A stretch of DNA of 17,253 bases from Nitrospirota bacterium. Lineage in GTDB: Bacteria > Nitrospirota > Thermodesulfovibrionia > Thermodesulfovibrionales > Dissulfurispiraceae. Positions 15,557-17,253 of this stretch are shown one piece after another. The stretch is from the NCBI GenBank assembly GCA_040758355.1, contig JBFLWF010000039.1:1-17253 (forward strand), written 5' to 3'. Under the pieces are notes generated by a model. The model ran no database searches and was not told the DNA's origin. It was given only the letters and a program-made list of their open reading frames with translations. Within the stretch, counting starts at the first letter, position 1. Each line of letters starts with the position of its first letter. Position numbers and translations under genes: made by a program.

Positions 15557-16203
15557 TTTCCAATTCTCCCGATATTAATTTTCACGGTCACCTCTGATGC
15601 CTTTGTCCTTATATTCCTGCCGTTTGTATTAATCCTTACATTCTGTGTCATATCAGAATCCATACCCGTAACATCTATAGCCTCTGTCCGCAACAAAGAA
15701 ATCCTTGCTATTTCTGTTTTTGCACCCTCTATCTCCATAACAGAAGGCTTTACATCTATGGATTTTATTCTATATCCCTTTTCAGGCGTGCCTACAACAT
15801 ACGCCTTCACAGGCACTGTCTTTGAAGTGGATTCATCCAGAGTCACCTTCACACTGACAGGTTCGATCCTCTGGACCTTTATTGTCCTCGGTATTATTAC
15901 ATTGTCCTTATCAAAATAGTATACTGCTTCACCTTTCTTTGCATTGGACATGTCAATAACAACCCTTGCATCCATAGGCCTTAATGCCTTCAAAAGCCTC
16001 TCGTGTCCGCTTATATTGAGACTCACTCTTTTAATGTTCTGTCTCAGGATTTCCAATTCCTTCGGCACATCCTTAAATTCAAGCGGAATATCAATAGCCA
16101 TCTCGGACTGCCCCCTGTATGTAACAAAAAACCAGAGGGACATGGCAAGGGCCACTGACAATATCTTTAAACCCATATCGCTGAATATCCCTTTTTTCTT
16201 CAT
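15553..16203 (-). CDS. cdaR: CdaR/YbbR-like diadenylate cyclase regulator
   Basis: N-terminal TM KILSVALAMSLWFFV, YbbR-type repeats (VPVKAYVVGTPEKGY, PSVMEIEG); lies between cdaA and glmM. Confidence 0.88.
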   Translation of the reverse strand: MKKKGIFSDMGLKILSVALAMSLWFFVTYRGQSEMAIDIPLEFKDVPKELEILRQNIKRVSLNISGHERLLKALRPMDARVVIDMSNAKKGEAVYYFDKDNVIIPRTIKVQRIEPVSVKVTLDESTSKTVPVKAYVVGTPEKGYRIKSIDVKPSVMEIEGAKTEIARISLLRTEAIDVTGMDSDMTQNVRINTNGRNIRTKASEVTVKINIGRIGK

Positions 16204-16204
16204 T

Positions 16205-16975
16205 TCATCTTTTCTCTTTCTTCGATTCCGTAAACAGGTCTGTGAGCATATCCCTCAATGTCCCCATATCAATGTGTGTCTCCAGTTTACCGTGAATTGC
16301 CACGGATATAGTGCCTGTTTCCTCGGAGACTATGATAGCGACAGCATCCGTCTCTTCCGTAATGCCAATGCCTGCCCTGTGGCGTGTACCGAGGGCCTTG
16401 CTCACATCGGTGCCAAGGGTAATAGGCAAAAAACAGCCTGCTGCAACAACCCTGTTTCCACGAATTACAACCGCACCGTCATGTATCGGTGATGCGGGGT
16501 GGAATATGCTCAGGAGCAGTTCCTTTGAGACCTTTGCATCAAGGGGCGTTCCTATCTCCACATAATCCTTAAGGCTCACATCTCTTTCGATAACTATCAA
16601 TGCGCCGATCTTTCTATTTGCTAATCCCACTGCCGCCCTTACTATCTCCTCAAGGGATTTGAGCTCTTCAGCAGAGGTAAAACCCTGAAGAAACGAGGAT
16701 TCTCCCATATGGGCAAGGGCCCTTCTTATTTCGGGCTGGAAAAGGATTATAAGCACTATGACCACCTGTGCCCAGAAGCTCTGGATAATCCAGTCTATGG
16801 TATAAAGCTGGAGATATCTGGAAAAGAAAGAAGCGATCAGGAGGATGCCGAGGCCTGCCAGCATCTGGGCAGCCTTTGTGCCCTTGATGATAAGCAGGAT
16901 TCTATAAAGGATTATTGAGACAATGACTATATCGAGCAAATCCTGCCATCTAAGCTGCCTCAATAAGTCTAACAA
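16205..16975 (-). CDS. cdaA: Diadenylate cyclase CdaA
   Basis: Three N-terminal TM helices, LFQPEIRRAL, GALIVIER, HDGAV, GTRHRAGIG, VSEETG; TTG start after GAGGAG. Confidence 0.96.
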   Translation of the reverse strand: MLDLLRQLRWQDLLDIVIVSIILYRILLIIKGTKAAQMLAGLGILLIASFFSRYLQLYTIDWIIQSFWAQVVIVLIILFQPEIRRALAHMGESSFLQGFTSAEELKSLEEIVRAAVGLANRKIGALIVIERDVSLKDYVEIGTPLDAKVSKELLLSIFHPASPIHDGAVVIRGNRVVAAGCFLPITLGTDVSKALGTRHRAGIGITEETDAVAIIVSEETGTISVAIHGKLETHIDMGTLRDMLTDLFTESKKEKR

Positions 16976-17020
16976 TGGGTTCTCCTCTTTTTAGGATATC
17001 CTTAGTTTAGAATTATTGTA

Positions 17021-17029
17021 ATTATAACA
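17021..17029 (-). promoter_or_regulatory. Extended -10 promoter for the cdaA operon
   Basis: Minus strand TGTTATAAT about 45 nt upstream of the cdaA start; no good -35. Confidence 0.5.
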
Positions 17030-17095
17030 TAAGACAGTAATGTCCTTATGGATGGAATTTTTGAGCATAAAGTGGCTATCTTTACTAAAGGGGAC

Positions 17096-17253
17096 TTACC
17101 CTATTACCACAGATGGCATTATGCCGATAACAAATACCATTAACACTGTTATGAGTATTGCAAGGCCAAGGGATGGAGATGGTGCTATGGCTGCCTCTTG
17201 TTTCATCTCCTTCATGTACATGTTCATTACTACCCTGAGATAATAATATGCTG
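17096..17253 (-). CDS. nuoN: NADH-quinone oxidoreductase subunit N, 3' end (partial, not in the ORF track)
   Basis: Minus-strand frame reads AYYYLRVVMNMYMKEMKQEAAIAPSPSLGLAILITVLMVFVIGIMPSVVIG*, matching the NuoN C-terminal YYYLR motif and last TM helix. Confidence 0.85.
   Translation of the reverse strand, partial: AYYYLRVVMNMYMKEMKQEAAIAPSPSLGLAILITVLMVFVIGIMPSVVIG

Noticed and set aside
17040..17243. 67-aa plus-strand ORF
   Set aside because: Antisense shadow of the nuoN 3' end.

Overview
Bacterial chromosomal window from a diderm, selenocysteine-using organism. Gene content (selB, cdaA-cdaR-glmM, PIN/TRAM-ispDF, sigma54 site) is consistent with Nitrospirota/Desulfobacterota-like anaerobes, which is an inference. 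Left to right: 5' end of a 16S rRNA gene (minus strand, enlarged V1), tRNA-Val(CAC), ugd, a four-helix-bundle (23S rRNA IVS protein/Avd-like) gene, a TPR gene, an outer-membrane beta-barrel gene, two small membrane-protein ORFs, then a minus-strand run of ispF, ispD, PIN/TRAM, degQ, selB, hisH, comEC, glmM, cdaR, cdaA and the nuoN 3' end. The main unexplained signal is about 11 short elements built from degenerate 7-9-nt tandem repeats, mostly as inverted arms and each with a different repeat unit. One encloses the intact four-helix-bundle gene, one encloses what looks like a fossil 3' end of such a gene, and one encloses a 168-nt rod-like hairpin. Others are empty hairpins at gene junctions, in-frame inside comEC, or inside the 16S V1 region. 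I interpret this as a candidate family of IVS-like mobile hairpin elements with autonomous and non-autonomous members. The mechanism is not shown by the sequence.
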